From IMG/VR virus record IMGVR_UViG_3300027816_000052, positions 480-64,479 of that record: a stretch of DNA of 64,000 nucleotides, one strand, 5' to 3'. Both the position numbers and the translations under genes were made by a program. Positions within the stretch are counted from its first letter, which is position 1; the number at the start of each line of letters is the position of its first letter. The DNA is from a virus. Below are positions 44,534 through 55,000 of this stretch, piece after piece. Under the pieces are notes generated by a model, which was given only the letters and a program-made list of their open reading frames with translations, made no database searches and was not told where the DNA came from.

Positions 44534-46525
44534 ATGAGTGAAGAATCGAAAATAATTTCATCGTTTTCATTACAAGAAACATTAAATCCGAAAATTTGGG
44601 ATAATTATAAAAATCCTGAAAAAGCTTCGCTTAAACCAGAAATAAGAAAGAAACTTCTTGAGATTGCTCATGAGTTTATGGATTTTATTGATATTGAGTT
44701 TTTTGTTGATGATATTATTTTTACCGGTTCTCTTTCAAATTTTAATTGGTCAGATTTTTCTGACGTTGATTTACATCTTGAAGTTGATTTTACCCAGTTT
44801 GATACTGATTCAGTTGAGTTATATCGTGAACTGTTTAATTTAAAAAAACTCTTATTTAATACCAATCATGATATTACCATAAAGGGGTTTGAGGTTGAGC
44901 TTTATGTTCAAGATATTATTGAACCCCACACAAGTGGTGGGATTTATTCGGTTCTTTTTGATGAATGGACGGTTGTACCACAAAAAAAAGATGTTAAAAT
45001 AGATAGGAATCTTTTAAAGAAAAAAATTAAAACGTGGACCAATAAAATTGATGAAATTACCGAACAAGTTAAAAATGGTGATTATGACGAATCAATTTTA
45101 TTAATTAAAGAATTAAGAGATAAGATTAAAAAATATAGAAAAGCTGGTCTTGAAAAGAATGGTGAATTTTCATATGAGAATTTGGTATTCAAATACTTAA
45201 GAAGGGGTAAATATATTGAAAGATTAATAGACTTATCCAATCAATTAAAAGATAAAAAGCTGTCTTTAGAATCGTTAAATGAAGCTAAATTAATTGGTGG
45301 TGATTTTAAATGGGGTGGTGGACCAAAAGAACACGGTAAAAGAGCATTCGGTAATTGGCAATCTGATAACGCTTATGATTTAATGGCTCCGGTAGGTACG
45401 CCCGTTTATTCATTAACTGATGGGACAATCACAAAAACATATTTCACTGAAGGAGGTGAAAGTGGAAAACAAACTAAAATCTATGGTTGGCAAGTAACTA
45501 TAAAAGGTGATGATAATAATTTTTTTTATACCCATTTAGGTGAAATAAATCCAAACATAAAGGTTGGTAATAGAATTTCTAAAGGTGATTTAATTGGTAC
45601 AATTGGCGCACCTACAAGTGGTAGAAAATGGTATCCACATTTACACATTGCGGTTCAAAATGGTGATTTAAAATCATACATAAATGATACGGCAATTATA
45701 AAAAAAGAAGAAAGTATTTTTGATAAGATTTTAAAGTTTTTAGGTCTTGAAGGATTAATAACATCAGAAGAAACAAATTTTGTTAAAGAGTTAGAAAGTT
45801 TAATACAGTCAAATACTGAGTTAAAATGGGAAAAAAATAAAAAGATAGAATATAATGATAATACTAAAACACTGCAAAGCATTCTACAATTATTAGGATA
45901 TTCTTTACCCAAATGGGGTGTTGATGGAAAGTTTGGTCCTGAAACAAATACGGCTGTTATTAATTTCCAAAAAGAAAATAATTTAACACCAAATGGTGTT
46001 GTTGATAACATCACACTTAAAGTAATTCTTAAAGAATTATCAAAAATTGATTTGAATCAAGATAAAATTAGTGGAATTCAAAAAAATAAAGAAAATCTAA
46101 AAATAAACCCAACAAGTAATAAAAATAAAATTTTAAAGTTTTTAACCGATAAGGGATTAACAATAGAACAAGCATCTGGAGTAGCTGGTAATTTACAAGC
46201 AGAATCTAATTTTAATCCGAGTGCTGTTGGCGATAATGGAACATCTTTAGGTATTGCTCAATGGCATAAAAGTAGAAAAGATAATTTAATTAATTTTTGT
46301 AATTCAAAAAAACAAAATTCAGAATCACTTGATTGTCAATTAGATTTCTTGTGGAGTGAGTTAAATACAAAATATTCAAATGTTTTATCCTCTATTAAGG
46401 CAAGTAACTCTGCTGGTGATGTAGCTGAAATTTTTGCATCAAAATACGAAAAACCAAGTAGTACAGATTATAGTAAAAGAATAAATTTTGCAGAAAAAAT
46501 ATATAGTGATACAACAATTTCTTAA
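44534..46525 (+). CDS. Multidomain cell-wall-targeting protein: NTase-fold N-domain, M23 peptidase, PG-binding domain and tail-lysozyme-like C-domain
   Basis: 663 aa. FTGSLSNFNWSDFSDVDLHL is the GS...DxD minimal nucleotidyltransferase motif. M23 block YSLTDGTI..WQVTIKGDDNNFFYTHLGE..GDLIGTIG..HLH. PG_binding_1-like LQLLGYSLPKWGVDGKFGPETNTAVINFQKENNL. C-domain ASGVAGNLQAESNFNPSAVGDNGTSLGIAQWH. Confidence 0.65.
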   Translation: MSEESKIISSFSLQETLNPKIWDNYKNPEKASLKPEIRKKLLEIAHEFMDFIDIEFFVDDIIFTGSLSNFNWSDFSDVDLHLEVDFTQFDTDSVELYRELFNLKKLLFNTNHDITIKGFEVELYVQDIIEPHTSGGIYSVLFDEWTVVPQKKDVKIDRNLLKKKIKTWTNKIDEITEQVKNGDYDESILLIKELRDKIKKYRKAGLEKNGEFSYENLVFKYLRRGKYIERLIDLSNQLKDKKLSLESLNEAKLIGGDFKWGGGPKEHGKRAFGNWQSDNAYDLMAPVGTPVYSLTDGTITKTYFTEGGESGKQTKIYGWQVTIKGDDNNFFYTHLGEINPNIKVGNRISKGDLIGTIGAPTSGRKWYPHLHIAVQNGDLKSYINDTAIIKKEESIFDKILKFLGLEGLITSEETNFVKELESLIQSNTELKWEKNKKIEYNDNTKTLQSILQLLGYSLPKWGVDGKFGPETNTAVINFQKENNLTPNGVVDNITLKVILKELSKIDLNQDKISGIQKNKENLKINPTSNKNKILKFLTDKGLTIEQASGVAGNLQAESNFNPSAVGDNGTSLGIAQWHKSRKDNLINFCNSKKQNSESLDCQLDFLWSELNTKYSNVLSSIKASNSAGDVAEIFASKYEKPSSTDYSKRINFAEKIYSDTTIS

Positions 46526-46567
46526 TTTTTTTAAAATCAACTATATTTATATATAAAAAATAATAAA

Positions 46568-46741
46568 ATGCCAGAAACAGTATCAGCGGGAACTTATAAC
46601 TATGTAATACAAGATTGCGCTTGTACGGGTAATACTCAGTTTTATTCACCACATCCTGAATATGTTAACCCAAAGAATGGTGATACCGTTGTTCAAATCT
46701 CTTCCATTGAGCTTGGTGGGTTCAATGGATTAAATAATTAA
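46568..46741 (+). CDS. Hypothetical small Cys-containing protein (57 aa), not in the ORF track
   Basis: MPETVSAGTYNYVIQDCACTGNTQFYSPHPEYVNPKNGDTVVQISSIELGGFNGLNN. Competes with the antisense ORF 46395..46652. Confidence 0.3.
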   Translation: MPETVSAGTYNYVIQDCACTGNTQFYSPHPEYVNPKNGDTVVQISSIELGGFNGLNN

Positions 46742-46753
46742 AAATATAAAAAA

Positions 46754-47941
46754 ATGGGAACATTAAAACCAGTAGGTAGTGAAAAATTACAGGGGGCGGA
46801 TAAAATCGCTCGTATTATGGAAATTGCCAGATATAAAGAAGCTTTACCTAATCAAGAAAAAAATTTACAAACAGAATCATTTTCAGTTCAGTTAGCTGAT
46901 GGTAATACCTATAGAATTTTATACGAGAAGAACGGCTATATTATTCAGAAATCTGTAAATGAATCATTTGATTATATTGAACCGATGAAGAATAGAAAAT
47001 ATTATTCATCATATTCTGACGCATTTAAAAGAGTAAATTTGATTGCTAAGGAATTAAATACTTTGTATGAAAATAAAGACGGTGTTTCATTATTTGGTGA
47101 ACAAAAAAAGTTCGTTTTAAAGGCTCCAACACCTCCCGCACCAGAAATGGCTCCCGAAATTAGTGCTCCAGCACCTAATTCCGGAATACCAGAAACACCT
47201 GCGGTTGATGATATTTCTTTAGATATTGAAACACCTTCTACTGATTTAGCGGAACCAATGACCGGTGAAGTTCCTTCAGAAACAGGTGAAGTATCGTTTA
47301 AACAAATACAAAAATTAACCGGAAAACTTGCTCAAAAATTAAGAGAATTTAAAGTTTCTGGTGAAATGTCATCAAAAGATATAAAATACGTTGTTAATTC
47401 AATATTATCTGCTTTGGATTTAACATCGCTTGAGGAGGAAGATAAAGAAGAAATTTTATCAAGATTTGATAGTGAAGATATGGATATTGACATAGAAACT
47501 GACATGAGTGCTGAAGCTGGTCTTGAAACACCGGAAGAGGAAATTCCTATGGGTGAAGGTTGGGATGTTGAGGAATCATATGAGGAGGTTGAGGAGGAAG
47601 AATCACCTGAAAATAAATTCACAAAAGATATTATGGATTCAATTTTTTCAGAATCAAAAGTTGAATCTACATTAACAAAGTATTTTGAAAAAACAAAATC
47701 AGAAATTTTAAGTGAACAGAAAAAATATAATCAATTTAAGGAAAGTTTAAAAACTAAAATTAAACAAGAATTAAGTGAAATTAAAAAATTAGCTGAGAAT
47801 ACTAATCAAGAAAAAAATGCTAAAACTTTCTTACGTGAGAACCCTACTTTTAACTTTGTTGGAAAAACTAATAAGAAAAGTTTAGTGTTTGAAAATAAAG
47901 GCGAACAAATAAGAATCACAAAGGAAGGTAATGTATTATGA
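46754..47941 (+). CDS. Acidic Pro/Glu-rich hypothetical virion-module protein
   Basis: 395 aa with a PTPPAPEMAPEISAPAP segment and long D/E-rich stretches. First of four translationally coupled genes upstream of the terminase. Confidence 0.5.
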   Translation: MGTLKPVGSEKLQGADKIARIMEIARYKEALPNQEKNLQTESFSVQLADGNTYRILYEKNGYIIQKSVNESFDYIEPMKNRKYYSSYSDAFKRVNLIAKELNTLYENKDGVSLFGEQKKFVLKAPTPPAPEMAPEISAPAPNSGIPETPAVDDISLDIETPSTDLAEPMTGEVPSETGEVSFKQIQKLTGKLAQKLREFKVSGEMSSKDIKYVVNSILSALDLTSLEEEDKEEILSRFDSEDMDIDIETDMSAEAGLETPEEEIPMGEGWDVEESYEEVEEEESPENKFTKDIMDSIFSESKVESTLTKYFEKTKSEILSEQKKYNQFKESLKTKIKQELSEIKKLAENTNQEKNAKTFLRENPTFNFVGKTNKKSLVFENKGEQIRITKEGNVL

Positions 47942-48339
47942 GTCATCTAGTATATGTGAACGGGTTAGGACCAAATTATAAAGGTGAACATATATATGAA
48001 TTTATTTTTTCAGAATCTGATGAAATTAGTGGTGATTATTGGGACGCAAAACCATCGCATGGTCAACCAAAACCTCCAGATTTGGAGTATGTAAAAAAAG
48101 TTGGTATACTTAGAAATAGTGGTGTTATTTTTGACTTAATACAGAACTCTGACGTTTTTGGAATGGAAGACGCTGTAGATGGTATTATAGCATTAGCTTG
48201 GGAAAACGACGAAACTAAAACTAATTTTAAAAAATTGGTATTCTTATTTGGTGAAGAAGAAAAAATTATAAAAGATAAACTATATTCAAGAGATTTAATT
48301 CTTGAATTTGAAAAAGAAATGAGTTATGAAATCGATTAA
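47938..48339 (+). CDS. Hypothetical protein
   Basis: 133 aa, 4-nt overlap ATGA with the upstream gene. Confidence 0.5.
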   Translation: MSHLVYVNGLGPNYKGEHIYEFIFSESDEISGDYWDAKPSHGQPKPPDLEYVKKVGILRNSGVIFDLIQNSDVFGMEDAVDGIIALAWENDETKTNFKKLVFLFGEEEKIIKDKLYSRDLILEFEKEMSYEID

Positions 48340-49024
48340 AGAAAAATACAACGAATTAATTCAAAAAGGTTTTTCCAAAAAAACCCTTTATTCTTTAAAT
48401 GAGACTGAACTTTCAGATCTTCATAAGCTAATTACTGAACAAGTAAAACAAACAACTAAACAAGTTACAACCACAACAATTCCCTCGTCTGTTGCAAAAT
48501 CAACCGGTGCTAATGTTGGTAATGTCGATATAAAACAGGACGCTTCCGGAAATATTGTTGCAACAAAAATGGAGGGTGAAATGAAAGAAGGTGGAAAGAA
48601 AAAAGTAAATCCTTGGGCGGTTTGTACTTCAAATATGGGTAAAAAGTTTGGTACAACTGAAAGAAGTGAGTGGAATAAAGAACAAATGGATGAATATGAG
48701 CGTTGTATTATGGATGTTAAAAAATCCGCAAAAAAATATAAGAAAAAAATTGATGAAGAATTGGAAAAACAACTTGTAAAGTTAGTTGAAAAGCATATCT
48801 CACCAAGAATGACTAAGGGTGATTTACTTAATTTAATTGAGCAAGGAACAAAAGAAGCGCCAACAAAACCTAAAGAAAAGGAAAAGGAGCGTACAAAACC
48901 TTGGCATCCCGGAAGAGATCCCCGTCCCGGTGTTGAACCAGCACCGAAAGCTAAAAAATCGGATGAGAAGAAAAAAGAGGATATTATGAAAATAATTGCA
49001 AAAATATTAAACAATAATGAGTAA
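48326..49024 (+). CDS. Hypothetical protein with Lys-rich C-terminus
   Basis: 232 aa, overlaps neighbours by 14 and 8 nt. K/E-rich tail. Confidence 0.5.
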   Translation: MKSIKEKYNELIQKGFSKKTLYSLNETELSDLHKLITEQVKQTTKQVTTTTIPSSVAKSTGANVGNVDIKQDASGNIVATKMEGEMKEGGKKKVNPWAVCTSNMGKKFGTTERSEWNKEQMDEYERCIMDVKKSAKKYKKKIDEELEKQLVKLVEKHISPRMTKGDLLNLIEQGTKEAPTKPKEKEKERTKPWHPGRDPRPGVEPAPKAKKSDEKKKEDIMKIIAKILNNNE

Positions 49025-50261
49025 AAAATTTAAATTATCTGAAGCTCCGGTTGATTATGGTGATTATCCGGAAAGAATGGACCCAGAAACTGAAAGAAAA
49101 GTTTCAAGTCCCGAAAATCCATTTGCAAAAGCATTAAGAGGTGGTGTTTCTGATGTTGAAAAATTAATCGGTTCTCGATTTAAAAAAGTCGTTGATAAAC
49201 TCAAAGCTGCGACTGGAATTGAGGATTTGAGCAATCATGAGGTTACTAGTAGCTTGGTCAAAGATTTGTTTAATAATATAAATAGCGTTGTTCAAATTGA
49301 ATCGAGATATAAAGAAGAGTTAACAGAATTAGCGATTAAATTAGCGATAGACGCTGCTGATGCTGAAGAAGATTGGTATGAGATTGAGGCTCGTCTTAAT
49401 CCGATTGGGATTGATACTTCAAAGTTTAGATTGAAAAAAGAAGCGCCGCCCAAATTTCAACCCTCAACTTCATTTGAAATGGATACTTTAACAGATGAGG
49501 AAAAATTTGAATTAGAAAAGGCAAAAAGAAATATAATTAATGCTATTGTACAAGGCTCATCAAAAAAAGGACATTATATTTTTCAATTACCAGAAGTTAA
49601 AGAAAAGTTAGATGAAATTAATCCTTCGTTATATGATTTTTACTCTAAAATAATGGCGGTTAATGATATTATGTATTTTACTATGGATAAGCTTATTGAA
49701 GCTGCGAGTAAAACTGGTCGGGGTGTTGCTGGTAAAGTACAAACAATGAGTAATGATGATGAAGACGATGAAAATGCACCAGACATAAAAATTGTTGCTG
49801 AAGGATTAATGTTTCCGATATTAGTTCATGAAATAATAAAAGGTATTGAGGAAGCAAAAGCTAAATATGGTTTACCCGAAGACCCTGAAATGGCGATGAA
49901 AGTTATGGGTCAAACAGATGTTCTTTCTCAGGAACCCATGCAATTAAGAATTGGACCTGAATTAGTGGAGAAAATAAAGTTTGCGTTACCCGCAGAAATT
50001 TTTGAACCCGAAAATAAAGGTTTAATTAGCTTTTTCCAAACTGAACTTTATTCTTTACCAGCTAAAGAATTCTTAGATGTTATTAGTGATATTGTTTCTG
50101 AAAATGATGCTGAGAATAGAAACGGAATAAAAAAATTCAATGATTTATTGAAAATTGCAAAAAACAAAAAAAACCAATACGACAAATCAAAAAAATCAAC
50201 TGATTCGGGTGATGATGAGGATGAGGAATTTGGTTCATTTTTAAAGGACTTAGGTTTATAA
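49017..50261 (+). CDS. Hypothetical protein immediately upstream of the large terminase
   Basis: 414 aa with acidic C-terminus. Sits where a small terminase or neck protein might be, but is too long and has no recognisable motif. Confidence 0.5.
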   Translation: MSKKFKLSEAPVDYGDYPERMDPETERKVSSPENPFAKALRGGVSDVEKLIGSRFKKVVDKLKAATGIEDLSNHEVTSSLVKDLFNNINSVVQIESRYKEELTELAIKLAIDAADAEEDWYEIEARLNPIGIDTSKFRLKKEAPPKFQPSTSFEMDTLTDEEKFELEKAKRNIINAIVQGSSKKGHYIFQLPEVKEKLDEINPSLYDFYSKIMAVNDIMYFTMDKLIEAASKTGRGVAGKVQTMSNDDEDDENAPDIKIVAEGLMFPILVHEIIKGIEEAKAKYGLPEDPEMAMKVMGQTDVLSQEPMQLRIGPELVEKIKFALPAEIFEPENKGLISFFQTELYSLPAKEFLDVISDIVSENDAENRNGIKKFNDLLKIAKNKKNQYDKSKKSTDSGDDEDEEFGSFLKDLGL

Positions 50262-50297
50262 AATCACTCTATTAGTTATTCTAATAGATAATATATA

Positions 50298-52067
50298 ATG
50301 CAAGGATTAACAAAAGAGCAATTAGCGTTAGAGTATGTTAGGTGTTTAAAAAGCACACCATATGCACTTAAAACGTATTTACAAACATATGATAACACGG
50401 TACAAAAATATGTCCCTCTTGAGCTATTCAAAGACCAGCAACAACTAATCAACGATTATGATACGTTTGAAGAAAACATTGCGTTAAAATATCGTCAAGC
50501 TGGCGTATCAACAGCTACAGCGGGTTGGGCTTCAAAAATACTTGCTTTTGCGAAAAAAGAAAAACCTGAAAAAATTCTAATTATTGCAAACAAATTGGAT
50601 ACCGCCGTTGAGATGGCGAATAAGATTAGAAGTTTTATTGACCAGTGGCCTAAATGGGTTGGTATTGAGTTTTCAGATGAAAAGAACGCTGCTAGACATT
50701 TTAAATTAAATAATGATAGTGAGGTTAAAGCTGTTGCCACTTCTAAAGATGCTCTTAGAGGTTATACACCAACAATTCTTATTTTTGATGAGGCAGCTTA
50801 TATTGAAGCTGATGATGATTTCTGGGCTGCTTGTATGGCATCTCTTTCCACCGGTGGTAAAGTCATTGTAATATCAACACCAAACGGATTTGATCCAATT
50901 TATTATGAAATTTATGACCAATCAATTCGTAATATGAATAACTTCAAAATTACAGAAATGTATTGGTATAGAGATCCCAGATATACAAAAGATTTATATC
51001 TAGTTAAAACAAATGATATCGTGGATTATCTTTTAAATAGAGAAGAAAGAAAAGATTTAGAAATTATTGATTTTTCACATATAAGTCCACATGAAAGAGA
51101 TTTTAATATAATCAAGGATTATATTGGTCAAGGGTTCAAACCATGCTCAACATGGTTTGAAAATATGGTTAAAAAATTAAAATATGATAGAAGAAAAGTT
51201 GCACAAGAACTAGATTGTCAGTTTTTAGGTTCAGGTGACAACGTTGTAGATTCAACAATTCTTGAAGATATTAGAGAAAATCAAGTTTGTGAGCCAAAAT
51301 ATAAAACAATGGGAGGTTCTTTATGGGTTTGGAAAGAACCCGAACTTGGTCATAAGTACGTTTGTGGCTTGGATGTCTCAAGAGGAGACAGTGATGATTT
51401 TTCAGCTTTTCAGATAATTGATTTTGAAACCAGAGAACAAGTTGCGGAATATCTTGGTAAAGTACCACCAGATGTGATGGCGGAAATAGCGTATAAGTGG
51501 GGAACAACATATAACGCTTATATTGTTATTGATATTACCGGTGGTATGGGGGTTTCTACTGCTAGAAAATTACAAGAATTAAATTATAAAAATTTATATA
51601 TCGATGGGCTTGAGCTTGGTAATAAATGGAAATATGATGCAAAAGCACTTGATAAAATTCCCGGTATTAATTTCAATAATAAAAGAGTTCAGATTATTTC
51701 TTCATTTGAGGAGGCTTTAAGACATAAATTTAAAGTTTATAGTAGTAGATTATTAAATGAGTTAAATTCATTTGTTTATATTAATGGTAGACCTGATCAC
51801 CAAAAGGGTCGTCATGATGATTTAATCATGTCAATTGCTATGGCAATTTATGTTTCCGAATTTTCTTTCACACAATTAGAAAAAGTTACGGAACATACGA
51901 AAGTTATGATTGAATCATGGCAAGTTAATACATATGAACCAAAACAAACTTCACAATTCTTTAATCCAAGCGTATCTTTTACTGATGATAAAAGTATATA
52001 TAGAAATAACCCAACAAGAAAAGACTATGAACAACATTCTTGGTTATTTGGTGGGATAAGAAGGTAA
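50298..52067 (+). CDS. Terminase large subunit (T4 gp17-like)
   Basis: 589 aa. Walker A-like YRQAGVSTATAG, Walker B ILIFDEAAYI, C-terminal nuclease-like region. Immediately upstream of the portal, as in T4. Confidence 0.85.
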   Translation: MQGLTKEQLALEYVRCLKSTPYALKTYLQTYDNTVQKYVPLELFKDQQQLINDYDTFEENIALKYRQAGVSTATAGWASKILAFAKKEKPEKILIIANKLDTAVEMANKIRSFIDQWPKWVGIEFSDEKNAARHFKLNNDSEVKAVATSKDALRGYTPTILIFDEAAYIEADDDFWAACMASLSTGGKVIVISTPNGFDPIYYEIYDQSIRNMNNFKITEMYWYRDPRYTKDLYLVKTNDIVDYLLNREERKDLEIIDFSHISPHERDFNIIKDYIGQGFKPCSTWFENMVKKLKYDRRKVAQELDCQFLGSGDNVVDSTILEDIRENQVCEPKYKTMGGSLWVWKEPELGHKYVCGLDVSRGDSDDFSAFQIIDFETREQVAEYLGKVPPDVMAEIAYKWGTTYNAYIVIDITGGMGVSTARKLQELNYKNLYIDGLELGNKWKYDAKALDKIPGINFNNKRVQIISSFEEALRHKFKVYSSRLLNELNSFVYINGRPDHQKGRHDDLIMSIAMAIYVSEFSFTQLEKVTEHTKVMIESWQVNTYEPKQTSQFFNPSVSFTDDKSIYRNNPTRKDYEQHSWLFGGIRR

Positions 52068-52079
52068 AAAAGATATAAA

Positions 52080-55000
52080 ATGGAAGATGAAAAACTAACA
52101 ATATGGCAACGACTTTCTAAAGGATTTGGTCCAAACTCATTACTTGGACAAGAAAGTCCAACATTTAAATTTGATAAGAAGGTTTTATTAAAAACACCGA
52201 ATAAGCAAGAGTACGAAAGAGAAAAACTCCAAGCACAACAAACAGCTTATTTAACATACCAATGGAGTAAGATTGAAAATAATTTATATACACAATCAGT
52301 ATATTATGAACCCACTAGATTAGCATCATATTATGATTATGAGAGTATGGAATATTTTCCGGAAATTTCAGCAGCATTAGATACATTTTCGGAAGAATCT
52401 ACAACGCCAAATCAAGATGGTCAAATGTTACAGATTTATTCTGAATCAAAAAGAATTAAATCAATTTTAACAGATTTATTCTATAATCAATTAGATATTA
52501 ACACAAATCTACCCATGTGGACAAGAAATACTTGTAAGTATGGTGATAATTTTGTGTTTTTAAAACTAGACCCAGAAAAAGGTATTGTTGGTTGTTTTCA
52601 ACTACCAAATATTGAAATTGAACGTATTGAAAAGGGGATGGTTAAACGTCCGGGTGGGACACCAAATAGCGACCCAGAAAATAAACAAATGAAATTCTCT
52701 TGGAAACAAAAAGATTTAGATTTTAATACTTGGGAGGTCGCACATTTTAGATTATTGGGTGATGATAGAAAATTACCATACGGTACTTCGATGTTAGAAA
52801 AAGCGAGAAGAATTTGGAAACAATTAGTTCTTGCTGAAGATGCAATGTTAATTTATAGAACATCTAGAGCACCGGAAAGAAGAGTATTTAAAGTTTTTGT
52901 TGGTAATATGGATGATAAAGATGTTGAAGCATATGTGCAAAGATTTGCAAATAAATTTAAGCGAGACCAAGTAGCGGACCCAAAAACGGGTAATGTGGAT
53001 TTACGTTTTAATCAAATGGCGGTAGACCAAGATTATTTTGTACCGGTTAGGGATATTGCTGCACCTAATCCGATTGATACATTACCGGGAGCGTGTATTG
53101 ATTTAAATACCAGAATTCCCCTTCTTGATGGTAGAACTTTAACTTTACAACAAATAATTAATGAGTGGGATAATGGTAATAGAAACTTATGGGTTTATTC
53201 TTGTGACCCAAATACAGGGTCCGTACATCCGGGTATGGTAACTTGGGCTGGTGTAACAAGAAAAGACGCTGAAGTTATTAAAATTACATTAGACAATGGT
53301 GAAGAGGTGATTACAACTCCAGACCATAAATTTGTTCATAGAACTAGAGAATTTGTTGAAGCGAAAGATTTAATTGTTGGGGATAGTTTAATGCCTTTTT
53401 ATTCAAGAACCGAAAAAATAAAGACCAACACTAATGATTATCACCAAATTTTTGATAATGAAAAAAATCAATGGGTTTTTACGCATAGAATGGTAAAAAA
53501 CAGTACTGTTGGTAGTTCTTTAGTAAAAGAATGGGTTTTTAATTCTGAATTTAAAAATAAAGATAAAAAAATAATTCACCATAAAGACCATAATCGCTTT
53601 AATAATAATCCAAATAATTTACTAATAATGAATGGTGAAGACCATTTAAAATATCACCAACATATCATAAAAGAAACGATTTGGAAAGATATTGAACTTA
53701 ATAAGAAAAAAATTTCAGAAGGTATTAAAAATTATTTAAATAATCTTTCTTCAGATGAATTACAAAAAAGACATGAAAGAATTAATAATCCAATATCAAA
53801 AGCTAAAACAACTAAAAAGTTATTGGAATGGAATAAAAATGATGAAAATTTAAAAAATAAAGGTAAAAAAATTTCAAAAGCTTATACAGAAGAAAGAAAA
53901 AATAAGATAAAGGAATTAAATTTAATAAGGTGGTTGAATGATGATTATCGAAATAAAGTTTTTTCTAAAAAACAAACAATAACATTTGATGATTATATAT
54001 ATAATTCATTTGTTAGTGAATTTAAAAAGACTTTACGTGCTGATTTAGCGTTAAAGAACTTAAATAATTCTTTTGAATTTATTTCACATTTTAAACAAAT
54101 TAATGAGGAAATTAGAAGTTCGTTAACAAACTTAAATGAATTCACGCAAAACCATGTAGATAAAATGGTTAAACAACAAGGGTTTAAAAATTTTACTGAA
54201 TGGAAACATTTTGAGTGTAAAAAGAGAGGATTTAAAAATATTCGTCAATGGAAATATAATGTTGAGAAAGAAATTTATTTTAACCATAAAATAACAAAAA
54301 TTGAATGGTTAACAAATAAAATTGACACTGGTACGATTACGGTTGATGGTAATGAATTATATTCAAAATCTCACACTTTTGCTATTGAAAGTGGTATTTT
54401 TATTAAAAATTCTAACCTTTCTGAAATTGCAGATATAGAATACATCCAGAAAAAACTTTTAACAGCATTAAGGATACCAAAAGCGTTCCTTGGGTTTGAA
54501 GAAGTTGTTGCTGATGGTAAAAATCTTGCGTTACAAGATATTCGTTTTGCTAGAACAATTAACAGAATACAAAAAAGTATGTTAGCGGAATTAAATAAAA
54601 TTGCTATTATACATTTATTTATTTTAGGTTTTGAAGATGAACTTTCTAACTTTACATTAGGATTAACAAACCCATCAACACAAGCTGATTTATTAAAGGT
54701 TGAGGTTTGGAAAGAGAAAATCTTACTTTATAAAGACGCTGTTGCAGGAATTGAGGGTATTGCACCAACTTCACATTCTTGGGCTAAAAAACATATTCTT
54801 GGTTTCTCGGATGATGAAATTAAACTTGATATTCAACAACAAAGAATTGAAAAGGCGGTCGCAAAAGAACTTGAGAACACACCAAATGTGATTGTAAAAA
54901 CAGGTATTTTTGATAGTGTTGATGCAATCTACGGTCAAAAAGGTGGTGGTACTCAAGCTGGAACTCCCCCTCAAGAACCAACATCTGATATGACAATGCC

